A stretch of 64,000 nucleotides of DNA. It comes from Candidatus Bathyarchaeia archaeon (GTDB lineage Archaea > Thermoproteota > Bathyarchaeia > Bathyarchaeales > Bathycorpusculaceae). The stretch spans positions 1 through 64,000 of the forward strand of contig JBEKGO010000004.1 of assembly GCA_050012755.1 (NCBI GenBank). The letters run 5' to 3'. This document shows positions 49,400 to 58,415 of this stretch, piece by piece (position 1 is the stretch's first letter; each line of letters begins with the position of its first letter). The position numbers were made by a program, and so were the translations under genes. The notes beneath the pieces are model-generated. The model was not told the DNA's origin, ran no database searches, and worked only from the letters and a program-made list of their open reading frames with translations.

Positions 49400-51111
49400 T
49401 AGTAGTCACCTCTCTGTTGTGGTAAACCGCAGCCTGGAGGCACGAATGGAACGACATCCTGTTCTGAACCAATAGGCACATCGATTACCGTTGTAACATC
49501 GCTTTTTAGCGCTGTCTTAACTGCTTTTTGGAATTCTTCAATTGAGTTTGCCCGCAGACCTTGCGCTCCATAGGCTTCTGCCAACTTTACCATGTCAGGT
49601 GTTTTCCCTAAGTTAACTGCCATGTAACGTCGATGGTAGAGCATTCTTTGCCACTGCGCCACCATGCCTAACACTGAATTATTTAGCACTATGACTATGA
49701 CAGGAATCTTTTCAGTTACAGAGCATGCTAGTTCTTGCTCAGTCATTATGAAACTGCCGTCGCCAGCTATGTCCACCACAGGTCTATCTGGGCAAGCAAC
49801 TTTTGCTCCTATAGCCGCAGGAAAACCGAAGCCCATGGTTCCGAGTCCCCCTGAGCTGATGAAGGTTCTCGGTTTTAATGCTTGGAAATATAGCGCTGAC
49901 CACATCTGGTTTTGACCAACTTCAGTGGTGACTACTGCATTTTCCGGCAGCAGTTTTCTCAATTCCGTAAGTAGCGCTTTTGGCACTAAATCTTTGGGTC
50001 TGTCTTTTAGCAGTGGGCTCAGCTGTTCCTTTGCCTCTTTAACCCGTTTTGTCCAAGCAACGCCTTCTTTTTTGTGCAATTTACTTGTTAAGGCGGTGTG
50101 CAGCATTTTCAAAGAGGCTTTTGCATCGCCAACTATGGGTACATCAACTTCAACGTTTTTACCTATTTCTGCTGCATCAATGTCAACGTGAATTTTTTTA
50201 GCATGAGCAGCGAATGTATCTAAGTTTGCCGTTGCTCGGTCAGAGAATCTTGTTCCAACCGCTAACAGCACGTCGGCTTCACCAATCAACCGGTTTGCAG
50301 CAGGGTTTCCATGCATTCCGATACTTCCAACTGATAAGGGGTGGCCTTCAGGGAATGCGCCTTTACCCATGAACGTTGTTGCTACAGGTGCCATAAGTAA
50401 ATCTGACATTTCCATAAGCTCGTCAGAAGCATTTGAGATTATGACTCCGCCGCCTGCCAATATGAACGGTTTTTCGGCGTTTGAGAGTAGTTTAGCAGCT
50501 TCGCTGATCTTAGCCAAATCTGGATCCATTACGGGTTTATAGCCTCGGGCTTCAATGTTCTCTGTAATTCCTAAATCTACTTCAGCGGTGTCTGACTGAA
50601 CGTTTTTTGGTAGGTCAATTAGAACTGGTCCTGGCCTGCCTGAGGACGCGATGTAAAAAGCGGCGTTAACCATCGGTTGGATTTCGGCGATTGTTCTTGG
50701 CTGATAATTGTGTTTAGTGATTGGGGTGGTGATGCCAATGATGTCTGCTTCTTGGAAGGCGTCTCTGCCAATCATGTAGGAAGAGTTTGCGCTTGCCGTT
50801 GGAACCTGCCCTGTTAAAGCTATCATAGGTGAGGAATCCATGTATGCATTTGCTATTCCAGTAACTAGGTTTGTTGCTCCAGGCCCTGAAGTTGCCATGC
50901 ATACTCCGACTCGTCCGCTGGCTCTGGCATATCCTTCAGCTGCATGTGCTGCTCCCTGCTCATGTCGAGCTAGAATATGCCTAATTTTCTCGTTACCGCA
51001 TAACGCATCGTATACTGGCAGGATCGCTCCGCCTACAATGCCGAATATAACGTCTACGTTTTGTTGTTCAAGGGATTCTAATAGCACTTTTGCACCAGAC
51101 ATTTTGGTCAT
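49399..51111 (-). CDS. ilvB: Acetolactate synthase large subunit
   Basis: RHEQGA, TSGPGATN, GGLGTMGFG, GDGSF..NN TPP motif. Confidence 0.96.
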   Translation of the reverse strand: MTKMSGAKVLLESLEQQNVDVIFGIVGGAILPVYDALCGNEKIRHILARHEQGAAHAAEGYARASGRVGVCMATSGPGATNLVTGIANAYMDSSPMIALTGQVPTASANSSYMIGRDAFQEADIIGITTPITKHNYQPRTIAEIQPMVNAAFYIASSGRPGPVLIDLPKNVQSDTAEVDLGITENIEARGYKPVMDPDLAKISEAAKLLSNAEKPFILAGGGVIISNASDELMEMSDLLMAPVATTFMGKGAFPEGHPLSVGSIGMHGNPAANRLIGEADVLLAVGTRFSDRATANLDTFAAHAKKIHVDIDAAEIGKNVEVDVPIVGDAKASLKMLHTALTSKLHKKEGVAWTKRVKEAKEQLSPLLKDRPKDLVPKALLTELRKLLPENAVVTTEVGQNQMWSALYFQALKPRTFISSGGLGTMGFGFPAAIGAKVACPDRPVVDIAGDGSFIMTEQELACSVTEKIPVIVIVLNNSVLGMVAQWQRMLYHRRYMAVNLGKTPDMVKLAEAYGAQGLRANSIEEFQKAVKTALKSDVTTVIDVPIGSEQDVVPFVPPGCGLPQQRGDY

Positions 51112-51212
51112 TTCATGGTCTCCATTTATTGAAATTAACTTCTATACTCTCGTCTCGAAAAGTTTGGTTTGTATTTGTAATAATAGATTTTTCAGAGGGT
51201 TGCCTGGGCGAA

Positions 51213-51263
51213 TCACAGAATAAGTACCCGATGATCCCAGCTATTGAGGTGACGATCCCTCAT
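51213..51263 (-). CDS. Putative branched-chain amino acid leader peptide MRDRHLNSWDHRVLIL
   Basis: 16-aa uORF with GAGG SD, ends Val-Leu-Ile-Leu, stop ~100 nt upstream of ilvB. Confidence 0.7.
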   Translation of the reverse strand: MRDRHLNSWDHRVLIL

Positions 51264-51500
51264 CTTAATTCCTCTTAAATACCAGTCCTTAAAATTACAT
51301 TGCTGTACAAATAAAAGGTTTACGGTTTCAACCTCAATTGTTCAAGATTTTGTCAATATTTAATTTAAAGCGGTCGACATTAAACCTATTTTGCCCAAAA
51401 AACAAGAGTAACTCTGACCAAAAACCGAACGCAATAATTAGGTGTGCACATAAAAGCCCTTATAACCCAGATTTCTATTTTTCATATCTTGTGAAAAAAC

Positions 51501-51680
51501 ATGTGTGAATTTAATGTTATCTTAAACGGCAAAATCCAATTCAAAGATGTAATTTACGCCAGAGTTGAAGGCGCCAACGTAGTCGTCAAGAACATTTTGG
51601 GTGAAGCTAAAGAATTTAAAAACTGCAAAATCATTGAAGCCGATGTTAATTCTACAAGGCTTGTTTTGTCAGCTATTTAA
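51501..51680 (+). CDS. CooT-family nickel-binding protein
   Basis: 59 aa MCEFNVILNGKIQFKDV..KNILGEAKEF..IIEADV; N-terminal MC motif; just under the ORF-track cutoff. Confidence 0.8.
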   Translation: MCEFNVILNGKIQFKDVIYARVEGANVVVKNILGEAKEFKNCKIIEADVNSTRLVLSAI

Positions 51681-51867
51681 TTTCAGCCCGTTTTCAAAAA
51701 TAAAAAGACTCTTTTTTCCCTTTAATTATGTAATTTCTATATTTGTGAATCCACTCAAAGAAAATAGTGTAGATCGTAGTTCTTATTGGAACAAAATTTT
51801 TTCAGGCTTTATATATTATTTAATCAATTAGTTTAATGGTTCCCGCTAATTCACAAGGAAAACAACG

Positions 51868-52545
51868 ATGAGTAACAAGCAAAAGTTTGAGCAAGATCTA
51901 ACAGTTCTAGTGTCCAGACTAACGAAAGATAGCGAAAAAGAAGTTGAAAACAAACTTAACATCCTCAAAGATTGGCTTCTAAAACTACAGAAAGCTAACG
52001 TTATAAAAATTAATCATTCTGTCATGGAACTTGTATGCGCTAAATATCTTATACAAAAAAGATACGAAGTTCAGCTTGAATACCCATTGAACGAACTTTT
52101 AATTTGCGATTTATACTCCATAAAGGGCTTAGGCAACCTTATCGTTGAAATCGAAACAGGTTATATTCCTCCAGAAAACGCTTTGGCACCCCTAACGTAT
52201 ACTTCAGCTCGGCTAGCAAGCAAAATAATACGGTACAGTAGTTTCGCTGGAAAATTTGCCTTAGGTGTACCTCCCCATTATATTCTGCCATTTCCCCGTG
52301 CACTGGCTAAACCGCCGAGAAACCGTGCAGAATGGGAAATTTTGCAGATAAAGCATTTGTGTGACGCTTATTATCAGAAACCAGCAGTTACAATTGAGGA
52401 AATCAGAAATGCCCGTATCCACGAAGTCTACATTGTTGATGTGGATAGAGGTAAAGTGCAAGAAATCGATCCTGAAGCTTACCTGAAAAGAGCCATCCAA
52501 AAAGGCATTGTCTACGATTATTTGCCACCAGAAACAAAGGGGTAA
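51868..52545 (+). CDS. Conserved hypothetical protein (PD-(D/E)xK-like)
   Basis: EYPL..CDLY..IVEIETG pattern. Confidence 0.65.
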   Translation: MSNKQKFEQDLTVLVSRLTKDSEKEVENKLNILKDWLLKLQKANVIKINHSVMELVCAKYLIQKRYEVQLEYPLNELLICDLYSIKGLGNLIVEIETGYIPPENALAPLTYTSARLASKIIRYSSFAGKFALGVPPHYILPFPRALAKPPRNRAEWEILQIKHLCDAYYQKPAVTIEEIRNARIHEVYIVDVDRGKVQEIDPEAYLKRAIQKGIVYDYLPPETKG

Positions 52546-52554
52546 TAAAACCAC

Positions 52555-52809
52555 TTGTCTTTTTACGTTTATATTATACTTTGCTGTGACGGCAGCTTCT
52601 ACACTGGGTACACCAAGGATTTAGATGCAAGAACTAAACAGCATGAAAACGGCAAAGGCGCAAGATACACAAGGTCTCATAAACCGCAAAAAATAGCTTA
52701 CTCTGAAGTGTTTGATACACGCGGTAAAGCGATGAGGCGTGAAAGGGAAATAAAAAAGCTAAGCCACCAGCAAAAACTTGAGCTTGCCAACTCGCAAAAT
52801 AAGAAATAA
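52555..52809 (+). CDS. GIY-YIG nuclease (UPF0213/YhbQ-like)
   Basis: YVYIILC.DGSFYTGYT..R..QH..GKGARYT. Confidence 0.92.
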   Translation: MSFYVYIILCCDGSFYTGYTKDLDARTKQHENGKGARYTRSHKPQKIAYSEVFDTRGKAMRREREIKKLSHQQKLELANSQNKK

Positions 52810-52861
52810 GACTTTAGAAACTTTCATTAAAACCATCAAACAATACAGTTTTGGTCATTTT

Positions 52862-53341
52862 ATGCCTAAAAAGAAACCTACTTGGCAAGAAAAACTAACA
52901 GACAGCAAGGGTTACCCTAAAGTTGAAGAACTTACTGGAAAGATGAGCAAAAAATGGGGTACAGGTACCTTAGTGATTCCTGCCCCGATAGAAGTCGATG
53001 AGTTAATGAAAAAGGTGCCAAAAGGCAAACTAACAACAATCAACGAAATCCGCTTAGCCCTCGCAGCCAAACATCGCGCTACAATCGGCTGCCCATTAAC
53101 CACAGGAATTTTCGCGTGGATCTCCGCTAACGCCGCAGAAGAGCAGAAACAGCAAGGAGCAACCGACATTACTCCTTACTGGCGAACCCTTAAAACTGGA
53201 GGATTGCTAAATGAGAAATATCCTGGCGGATTAGAAGAGCAAAAGAGGCTGTTAGAGCAAGAAGGACATGTGGTAATTCAGAAAGGCAAAAAATGTTTTG
53301 TGAAGGATTATCTTAAATCGGTCATTTCGCTATATCAGTAA
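52862..53341 (+). CDS. MGMT/alkyltransferase-like DNA-binding protein
   Basis: VPKGKLTT, PYWR, QKRLLEQEG; start reset to ATG 52862. Confidence 0.78.
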   Translation: MPKKKPTWQEKLTDSKGYPKVEELTGKMSKKWGTGTLVIPAPIEVDELMKKVPKGKLTTINEIRLALAAKHRATIGCPLTTGIFAWISANAAEEQKQQGATDITPYWRTLKTGGLLNEKYPGGLEEQKRLLEQEGHVVIQKGKKCFVKDYLKSVISLYQ

Positions 53342-54565
53342 TGTTAATGCTGCACCCGTAACCACCGGCACGAGCACATTGTCATTTATTGGTAATGGAA
53401 GAACTTCAACAGTCATAGCAATTGCTGCTCCAGCAAGGGCAAGGGTTGGCGAAACAAAAAAGGTGCCGGCTAAAAACGCTAAAAAGAATCCTGCTACCGA
53501 GCCTTCCCACGTTTTTCCTTTGTTAAATGGCAGCGATGTTGAGATTAGGCCACCGAAAAGCGAAGCTGTGGCATCACCTAAACAAAAGATAGCAACAGCA
53601 GCGTAACTTGCAGGATGAGGAAATAAGACTAATGTAAATAGAATGCCGAAAGCGAAGTACAATGGTGCCGCCGCAAAGTCCCGAAGCTCTGATTGAGAGG
53701 CAGCGTGCCGCGTAATTGCTGAAACTAGCGGCAATTCCCTTCCTTCTAGGCGCCAAAGTTCAGATATCGTGTAGATGAGTGCTATTATGAAAATCAATAT
53801 GCCCACTGCTGGGACTCCTACTAAACTGGCGATAACGGGCATAAAAAATCCAGACGCGTGGATGTCTTCTCTCACAAAATCATTTGTTGAAGGAAAAGAC
53901 CGTTTACGTTTTTTGCCGTCAATTATGGGCAAGATACCTGAAAGGTTTCCATTTACTACTCTGTCAGCTTTGACGCGTATGACAAAGTCAGGGTTGAAGC
54001 CAATTTTCAGGGCTCCGGGGAGAAAAATGCAACTATTGTTTCGGTCATCTGCAACCACGATGCAGTCGCTTGGTTTTAGGTTTTCTGCTTCTAATATTTG
54101 GCATAAAATCTTCAGTTTGCCACTTGCATCAATTGCGTCACCTCTGATTTCACCCGTTAACCTGCCATCTTTGGTTTCAACTTCAATGCCGTATGCGTAT
54201 TCTGCGCCAACTGCATTAGCTAACTTTTTGACAATAACAGTTGGCAATCCAGAACTGATCAAAGCTATCTTACAATTTCTAACTTTAATTTGAGAAAAGA
54301 TGTTTTGCAGGTAAGGAGTTGAGGGAATTTTTTCGAAAATATTAATTAATGTTTCCAGTTCTACTCCTTTTAATTCTTTGAAAATATGCCTTAAGGCCGA
54401 ATCCAGCTTTATAATGCCTGCTTCATACAGAAAACCCCAAAAAAGTAATTTTATCAACTTAGTGAAACATAGACTTTTTCCTATGGCGAAAACAAAGCGG
54501 TTTTTCGGGATCAGCACTCCTTCAACATCAAAAACTACAATTCGTGGTTTTTCAATGCCATCCAT
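53330..54565 (-). CDS. HAD (SerB-like) hydrolase fused to dolichol/phytol-kinase-like membrane domain
   Basis: FDVEGVL, ISSG, ADDRNN; C-terminal GDATASLFG..KGKTWEGS..INDN. Confidence 0.82.
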   Translation of the reverse strand: MDGIEKPRIVVFDVEGVLIPKNRFVFAIGKSLCFTKLIKLLFWGFLYEAGIIKLDSALRHIFKELKGVELETLINIFEKIPSTPYLQNIFSQIKVRNCKIALISSGLPTVIVKKLANAVGAEYAYGIEVETKDGRLTGEIRGDAIDASGKLKILCQILEAENLKPSDCIVVADDRNNSCIFLPGALKIGFNPDFVIRVKADRVVNGNLSGILPIIDGKKRKRSFPSTNDFVREDIHASGFFMPVIASLVGVPAVGILIFIIALIYTISELWRLEGRELPLVSAITRHAASQSELRDFAAAPLYFAFGILFTLVLFPHPASYAAVAIFCLGDATASLFGGLISTSLPFNKGKTWEGSVAGFFLAFLAGTFFVSPTLALAGAAIAMTVEVLPLPINDNVLVPVVTGAALTLLI

Positions 54566-54630
54566 TTCGCTCTTGGCTCACAACTATAATGGCTCGTATA
54601 GGGAGGAAATGGTAGCTTGCTAAAGATAAA

Positions 54631-55974
54631 TTATCCTGTTTGGCTACATTGGTGCTCTCGATTTTGCAGTTCCAAGGGGCATCCTCCGCCGCAAACGTCC
54701 AGTTGAGCGCAATCCCTGCATTTTTCTTCAACGTAGCCTCTGCTACGTAGTTTTACTGCTAAAGGATTTTTCCAGATTTTTTCCCAAGAATCTGTAAGCA
54801 TGTTTCCTAAGCTTTCAAAGTAGCTTTGGCATGGGTAAACATCGCCGTTTGGCCCAACGCAAGCGTTAATCAAGGCTGCAGTGCAAGCTTTAATGCCTAA
54901 GCCTAACTGTACAGGGTCAAAATTGCAGTATTGTGTTGGCGTATACCAAAGGATTTTTAAGCCAAGTAAGTGAGCTTTGTCTCTGATTTTGGGTAACAGA
55001 ATCTTTAACTCTTCAGCGGTTAGTGCAAACTCTTGGCTTGCTGCAGGGGCTTTCCCAGAGTAAATAAGGCTATTGCAACCAAAAGCGTCTACGTCGAGTC
55101 CTTTAATGAAATCGATTGTAGTAAGAAAATCTGCTTCATTCTGTTTGTTTAGAGTGGTGTTAGTTGAAATGTACATTTGTGATTGGACGGCATTTTTTAT
55201 TCCTGCAACCGTTTCTTTCCAGCTGCCTTTACTGCCCGTTATTGAATCATGAATTTGAGGTTTATGAGATTCCAGCGTGACTTGTATGAAATCTAAACCT
55301 GACTGTTCGAGTGTTTTAACAAAAGTTGCATCTTTGAGTTTGCGTCCGTTTGTAATTAACCCTGTAACAATACCTTTCTTCCGGGCGTATTGTATCAGTG
55401 TGGGTAAGTCTTCACGTAGAGTGGGTTCTCCACCCGTGAATGTAAAGATGAAAACGCCGATGTCGCTGAGTTTATCGATTACTGTTTGCCACTGTGCCGT
55501 TGCCAGCTCTGGCGTTTCATGGGGTCCTCCAGCGTAACAGTGAACGCAGTCATTTTGACACTTAAAAGTTAAGGCTAAGTCCATACGCAGGGGCGCTGAA
55601 TATCGGTGAGAGAAGGGTTCTTCTTTTTCGATCTCAAGAAAAGAGACTGGGTCAACTTTATGTGTTTGGGCTAATGTGCTAATTGCATAAACTAGTTTTT
55701 CATAATCCTCTTTTGCTTTATCAGCATTGACACGGTACATACGTCTTATTTTCTTTAAAACCTCTTCTCGAGATAATCCCTGCATAAAAAAGTAGGCAAA
55801 AGCGGTTGCTGTATGGTTCAAGTGGAGGACGGCGTTGCCGTTAATCACCATTACTCCTTGCCCATCTTGCTCTACTCTAAGTTGAAGAGACATGCCAGCA
55901 AACTTGTCTTCACCGCGGTAGCTGTAGCGTCCAGGGGCAATCTTTGCTTTACGAATTCTATTCAGAAAACTCAT
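54631..55974 (-). CDS. Radical SAM/SPASM enzyme with N-terminal PqqD/RRE-like domain
   Basis: Start reset to MSFLNR (55974); LHLNHTATAF..EEVLKKIRRMY.V..AKED RRE-like; CQNDCVHC; SPASM C..GDVYPC..CRDC..CGGGC. Confidence 0.9.
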   Translation of the reverse strand: MSFLNRIRKAKIAPGRYSYRGEDKFAGMSLQLRVEQDGQGVMVINGNAVLHLNHTATAFAYFFMQGLSREEVLKKIRRMYRVNADKAKEDYEKLVYAISTLAQTHKVDPVSFLEIEKEEPFSHRYSAPLRMDLALTFKCQNDCVHCYAGGPHETPELATAQWQTVIDKLSDIGVFIFTFTGGEPTLREDLPTLIQYARKKGIVTGLITNGRKLKDATFVKTLEQSGLDFIQVTLESHKPQIHDSITGSKGSWKETVAGIKNAVQSQMYISTNTTLNKQNEADFLTTIDFIKGLDVDAFGCNSLIYSGKAPAASQEFALTAEELKILLPKIRDKAHLLGLKILWYTPTQYCNFDPVQLGLGIKACTAALINACVGPNGDVYPCQSYFESLGNMLTDSWEKIWKNPLAVKLRSRGYVEEKCRDCAQLDVCGGGCPLELQNREHQCSQTG

Positions 55975-55975
55975 T

Positions 55976-57604
55976 TTAATGTGCACCTCCACCTGCACAC
56001 GCACAAGCACAAGAAACACAAGCGCAAGCACAGGCGCATGCAGCACAAGCACAAACGCAGTCAGCTTTGGGGTGAGCTGGGTCATGGGATGCTTTTGGCG
56101 GTGGAGGAACAATGGAGTTAGCAAATTTTTCTACATTAACAACTATGTTGTTTGATGTTTTTTCAACAGAGGTAGCTATTGTGTTTGCAAATTCAGCGCC
56201 TGGAATAGTTGGAGGTTTGGCTGATTGTGCTGGTTCTTCAATGTTTGGTTTGTACGTGGGATTTGGATGGTAATTTGAGTAGCCATACCACCACCAGAAC
56301 CAAAGCGGGTTTGGCTGGAATGGCCTGTTTTGGAAGATTGTTTCTGTACGTGACCGCTGATTAGGATCAAGCATAAGCCACAGAAGTTGCTCATCGTAAG
56401 CGTTTGAAGCTAATTCTACTGTTCCAGCTTGCTCCACCTGTGTCCAAGCTTGAGTAACGATTTTTCTGTAATAGTCAATGGTATCTTTTCGGCTGTAGCC
56501 CTGCATTTTCTGTTCGGTGGTATCGCGGAGAAACATAATTGTGTGAGCAAGTTTTTCTTCGTCCAATGTTCCGTCCGCCTTGAGCGCGTTAAGGAAGTCA
56601 ATCTCGTAATATCGCAGAGGATTGTCTTTGCTTCCTGTTTTATTTTCGTAGGGTGGAAGGATACGCAGTTTCAGCGCGGGTTTGGTTTCTATTGTCCACA
56701 CAGCCCTTTTTTGCAGAAGACTATAGAGGATTTCAGTAACTATCTGTGTCGGCTTTAAGTCTAAAAGGTAAGATGCTTCAACAGCGGTTAAGCCGCGTTT
56801 TACCCCCAGCGTTTCCATACTCAATTTAGGGGAAGAATACGAGCTTTTTCTTGCTACTTGAACAACCCCAATTATTAGGATAATAGCAATTATTGGCAAA
56901 ACAATTAACGGAAGAATACCTGCTAAATTGCCAAAGCCACCGCCTGAAGAAGTTGGTGGAGTGTAGTTGGGCAAGTATTTAGCGGGAAAAGAAACCCCAA
57001 CGATATGCTGCTCATTTGCCTGCAGGACAGGAATTTCCCAGTAAACGGCCAATCTTCCCTCTACGGTGGATGTGCTGTTATAGAAGTTCTGAGTGGTTTT
57101 TACATCGCTTGCAGTAGCACCTTGCGGAAGAACGATTTGCACCCTTACATCGTTGATTTGTATGTCTGTCCATTCTGGCGCAAACTGCATGCCTAAGTTG
57201 CCCGGGTTCTGGGTATCATTGGTTATCATGCCTGCAACATTGGTCGTAACAGTGAACCAGACGGAGTTTCCAGCTGTTAAGGGCTGGTTTAGGGTTACAT
57301 CAACTTTGTAGTCGCTGCCGCTGCTGGCATCAGAGACATGAAGTTGGTTTCCATATTGATCAGCAGCTTGGCCTATGGTAAAGTCACTTTTTGGCTGCCC
57401 CACATAGAAACCATGAATTACTCCTGAATTAGTTGTTAATGTTATGTTGTAAGTTAGGTCAATGGTGCCATCTTGGTTTATGAATATCTGTGCCCATTGA
57501 TGGTCAACACTGTAAACTATATTCTGGGCATGAACGGCGCTTGAAGCCGTTAGTACGATGGTTAGTCCTAAGATAACGGCTAAAAAGTAGACGTGTTTTA
57601 CCAT
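55976..57604 (-). CDS. DUF2207-like membrane protein with C-terminal Cys-rich (CA)n tail
   Basis: Signal peptide, extracellular beta domain, single TM, cytoplasmic domain, tail DCVCACAACACACACVSCACACAGGGAH. Confidence 0.85.
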   Translation of the reverse strand: MVKHVYFLAVILGLTIVLTASSAVHAQNIVYSVDHQWAQIFINQDGTIDLTYNITLTTNSGVIHGFYVGQPKSDFTIGQAADQYGNQLHVSDASSGSDYKVDVTLNQPLTAGNSVWFTVTTNVAGMITNDTQNPGNLGMQFAPEWTDIQINDVRVQIVLPQGATASDVKTTQNFYNSTSTVEGRLAVYWEIPVLQANEQHIVGVSFPAKYLPNYTPPTSSGGGFGNLAGILPLIVLPIIAIILIIGVVQVARKSSYSSPKLSMETLGVKRGLTAVEASYLLDLKPTQIVTEILYSLLQKRAVWTIETKPALKLRILPPYENKTGSKDNPLRYYEIDFLNALKADGTLDEEKLAHTIMFLRDTTEQKMQGYSRKDTIDYYRKIVTQAWTQVEQAGTVELASNAYDEQLLWLMLDPNQRSRTETIFQNRPFQPNPLWFWWWYGYSNYHPNPTYKPNIEEPAQSAKPPTIPGAEFANTIATSVEKTSNNIVVNVEKFANSIVPPPPKASHDPAHPKADCVCACAACACACACVSCACACAGGGAH

Positions 57605-57951
57605 TTTGGTTCCTCAGTTACCTCAAAAGTTGTGGCGCAGTATGGGCATTTAACATAGGGTACACCTGAAACAATCTTGATTTGGTTAGCATCGATCGAC
57701 GCTCCACAGTTGGGGCATTTGATCGTTGCCGCTTGCATTTGCCCTGAAACTTCTAATCTCTGAATTACCGTTTTGGGCTTACGCGTAATGTAATAGATGC
57801 CAATAATTATTGAAATGCCAATTATGAAAAGTAAGCCACTGGCCACAAGCCTTGTTGCAGTTGCTTGAATCGATGCAGCCAGAGCGAAAACTATGGCAAA
57901 GAAGAATAATATTGCAGCTGCAATTGCTCCGATTATTGTTGTGGCTTTCAC
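57598..57951 (-). CDS. Two-TM protein with C-terminal zinc ribbon
   Basis: CPNCG..CPYC, EEPKW end; overlaps the downstream gene by 7 bp. Confidence 0.82.
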   Translation of the reverse strand: MKATTIIGAIAAAILFFFAIVFALAASIQATATRLVASGLLFIIGISIIIGIYYITRKPKTVIQRLEVSGQMQAATIKCPNCGASIDANQIKIVSGVPYVKCPYCATTFEVTEEPKW

Positions 57952-58065
57952 AATAGGTTTGGTGTATTGATTTGGGATTTAAGTTTAGCTGCTAGATAAT
58001 GTCAGTTGATGATTGGTTCGGTAAATTGATTTTTCATCCTTCCGCCTCCTCAACGGAACGTCGTA

Positions 58066-58271
58066 GACCCTCCGGTTCATGGAACTATGTTAACATTAAT
58101 ATACTGTATTTAAATGGAAACAGGATTTTGACGTTTCGCATGCCAAGGCTCGTAGACCCCCCGGTTCATGAAACCATGTTCACCCATGATACCCCCTATA
58201 TATAGGGGTCAAGATTCTTCGTTTTTCATCAATGAGGGAAGTTGACCCCCGGTACATGAAACTATGTTGAC
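58066..58271. repeat. Three direct copies of the dyad + G-string motif at 88-89 bp period (ORB-like)
   Basis: GACCC(C/T)CCGGT(T/A)CATG(A/G)AAC(T/C)ATGTT at 58066, 58155, 58244; palindrome CCCCTATATATAGGGG at 58193-58208. Confidence 0.85.
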
Positions 58272-58415
58272 ATATTTGAAACCTTGAGATTTGTACATGA
58301 GAGAAAAGTGTCACTACATTAAAATCCCAACTGATATATGCAAAATGTTAAACAATTTAACTAAAGTCAGAATGTGAAGAAGAATGAAGATTCTATTAGA
58401 TGAAATGAGGTTTTA

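Noticed and set aside
35077-51223. Many antisense ORFs within the aro, leu and ilv genes
   Set aside because: Shadow ORFs of well-supported genes.
55990-56060. GCACA-type DNA microsatellite
   Set aside because: Explained by Cys-Ala codons of the protein tail, with synonymous variation.
55975-56124. N-terminal extension of the radical SAM ORF
   Set aside because: It is an alternative-frame reading of the upstream gene's Cys tail; the likely start is ATG 55974.
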